Source: a bacterium
GTDB taxonomy: Bacteria; SZUA-182; DTGQ01; JAFGSM01
Length of the DNA: 17,212 nucleotides
Direction of reading: 5' to 3'
Assembly (NCBI GenBank): GCA_049472335.1
Contig: JBLIRO010000094.1
Coordinates: 1-17,212, forward strand
This document shows positions 16,792 through 17,212 of the stretch, piece after piece. A model generated the notes under the pieces. The model ran no database searches. It was not told the origin of the DNA and worked only from the letters and a program-made list of their open reading frames with translations. The position numbers were made by a program, and so were the translations under genes. Position 1 is the first letter of the stretch. The number at the start of each line of letters is the position of its first letter.

Positions 16792-16847
16792 AATAAATAA
16801 ACAGTTATATCTTAATAAGCTAAAAATCTAAAAATCTTCATGAATAT

Positions 16848-16921
16848 GCGCCCATGGCTCAGATGGATAGAGCGACGGACTACGAATCCGTAGGTCGCAG
16901 GTTCGAATCCTGCTGGGCGCA
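16848..16921 (+). tRNA. tRNA-Arg (anticodon ACG); CCA not encoded
   Basis: Acceptor GCGCCCA/TGGGCGC, D arm GCTC-AGATGGATA-GAGC, anticodon arm ACGGA-CTACGAA-TCCGT, T arm GCAGG-TTCGAAT-CCTGC. The discriminator A is followed by TCA. Confidence 0.97.
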
Positions 16922-17166
16922 TCATAATTATATCAAGGGATTAGACAATATCATTCAATAAACATCTGTCACTTAGTTAATATTTTAGTCAGCATTTTCG
17001 TATAGATTTCACCTTGGTCAGCTTGGAAAAACTATTTAGTGGCACTCAATAATGAATAAAAAAAATTTTTTATAAGAAGGAGGATTGGTAAGATTTTTAT
17101 TTAGAGCATTACATATTTTCTTCATTTAAGATTAAAATAAAGACACCGCCTTCTATCTTGTGCGAA

Positions 17167-17211
17167 TTAAGTTACGTATGAAAAGGCCTTCTCAACAGCT
17201 TTAGGTACTTC
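17167..17211 (-). CDS. Possible 3' end of a gene entering from beyond the window
   Basis: The minus frame reads EVPKAVEKAFSYVT-stop; too short to confirm. Confidence 0.25.
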   Translation of the reverse strand, partial: EVPKAVEKAFSYVT

Positions 17212-17212
17212 T

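Noticed and set aside
16472..16847. Replication origin (AT-rich, repeat-rich region)
   Set aside because: No good TTATCCACA DnaA boxes (the best I saw has at least 2 mismatches) and no dnaA or rep gene nearby.
17077..17129. AAGGAGG followed by a 14-codon TTG ORF
   Set aside because: The SD-to-start spacing is 1 nt and the ORF is too short to support.

Overview
A bacterial chromosomal window with AT-rich intergenic regions. It opens with two large extracellular multidomain protein genes: a 5'-truncated PQQ-like beta-propeller/HYR/MopE-motif protein with a Tyr/Gln/Pro-rich tail, and a secreted DNRLRE/PKD protein with two uncharacterised domains. A half-size TMEM165/GDT1 transporter gene lies between them. 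Next come a cytidylate kinase-like gene, glgB, a prepilin-like (DUF4845-like) plus DUF6901-like pair, tex with a DUF3108 gene, a divergent pgk and tRNA-Arg(ACG). The most notable unexplained element is non-coding (7294-7543): a near-consensus sigma70 promoter, an ~160-nt region closed by a 16-bp helix, a competing antiterminator-like hairpin and an intrinsic terminator. It is a candidate novel structured RNA or attenuator. A second unexplained element is a symmetric, repeat-rich cluster of sites upstream of the tRNA. I saw no CRISPR array, transposase, integrase or reverse transcriptase. Family names come from motif recognition only; no searches were run.
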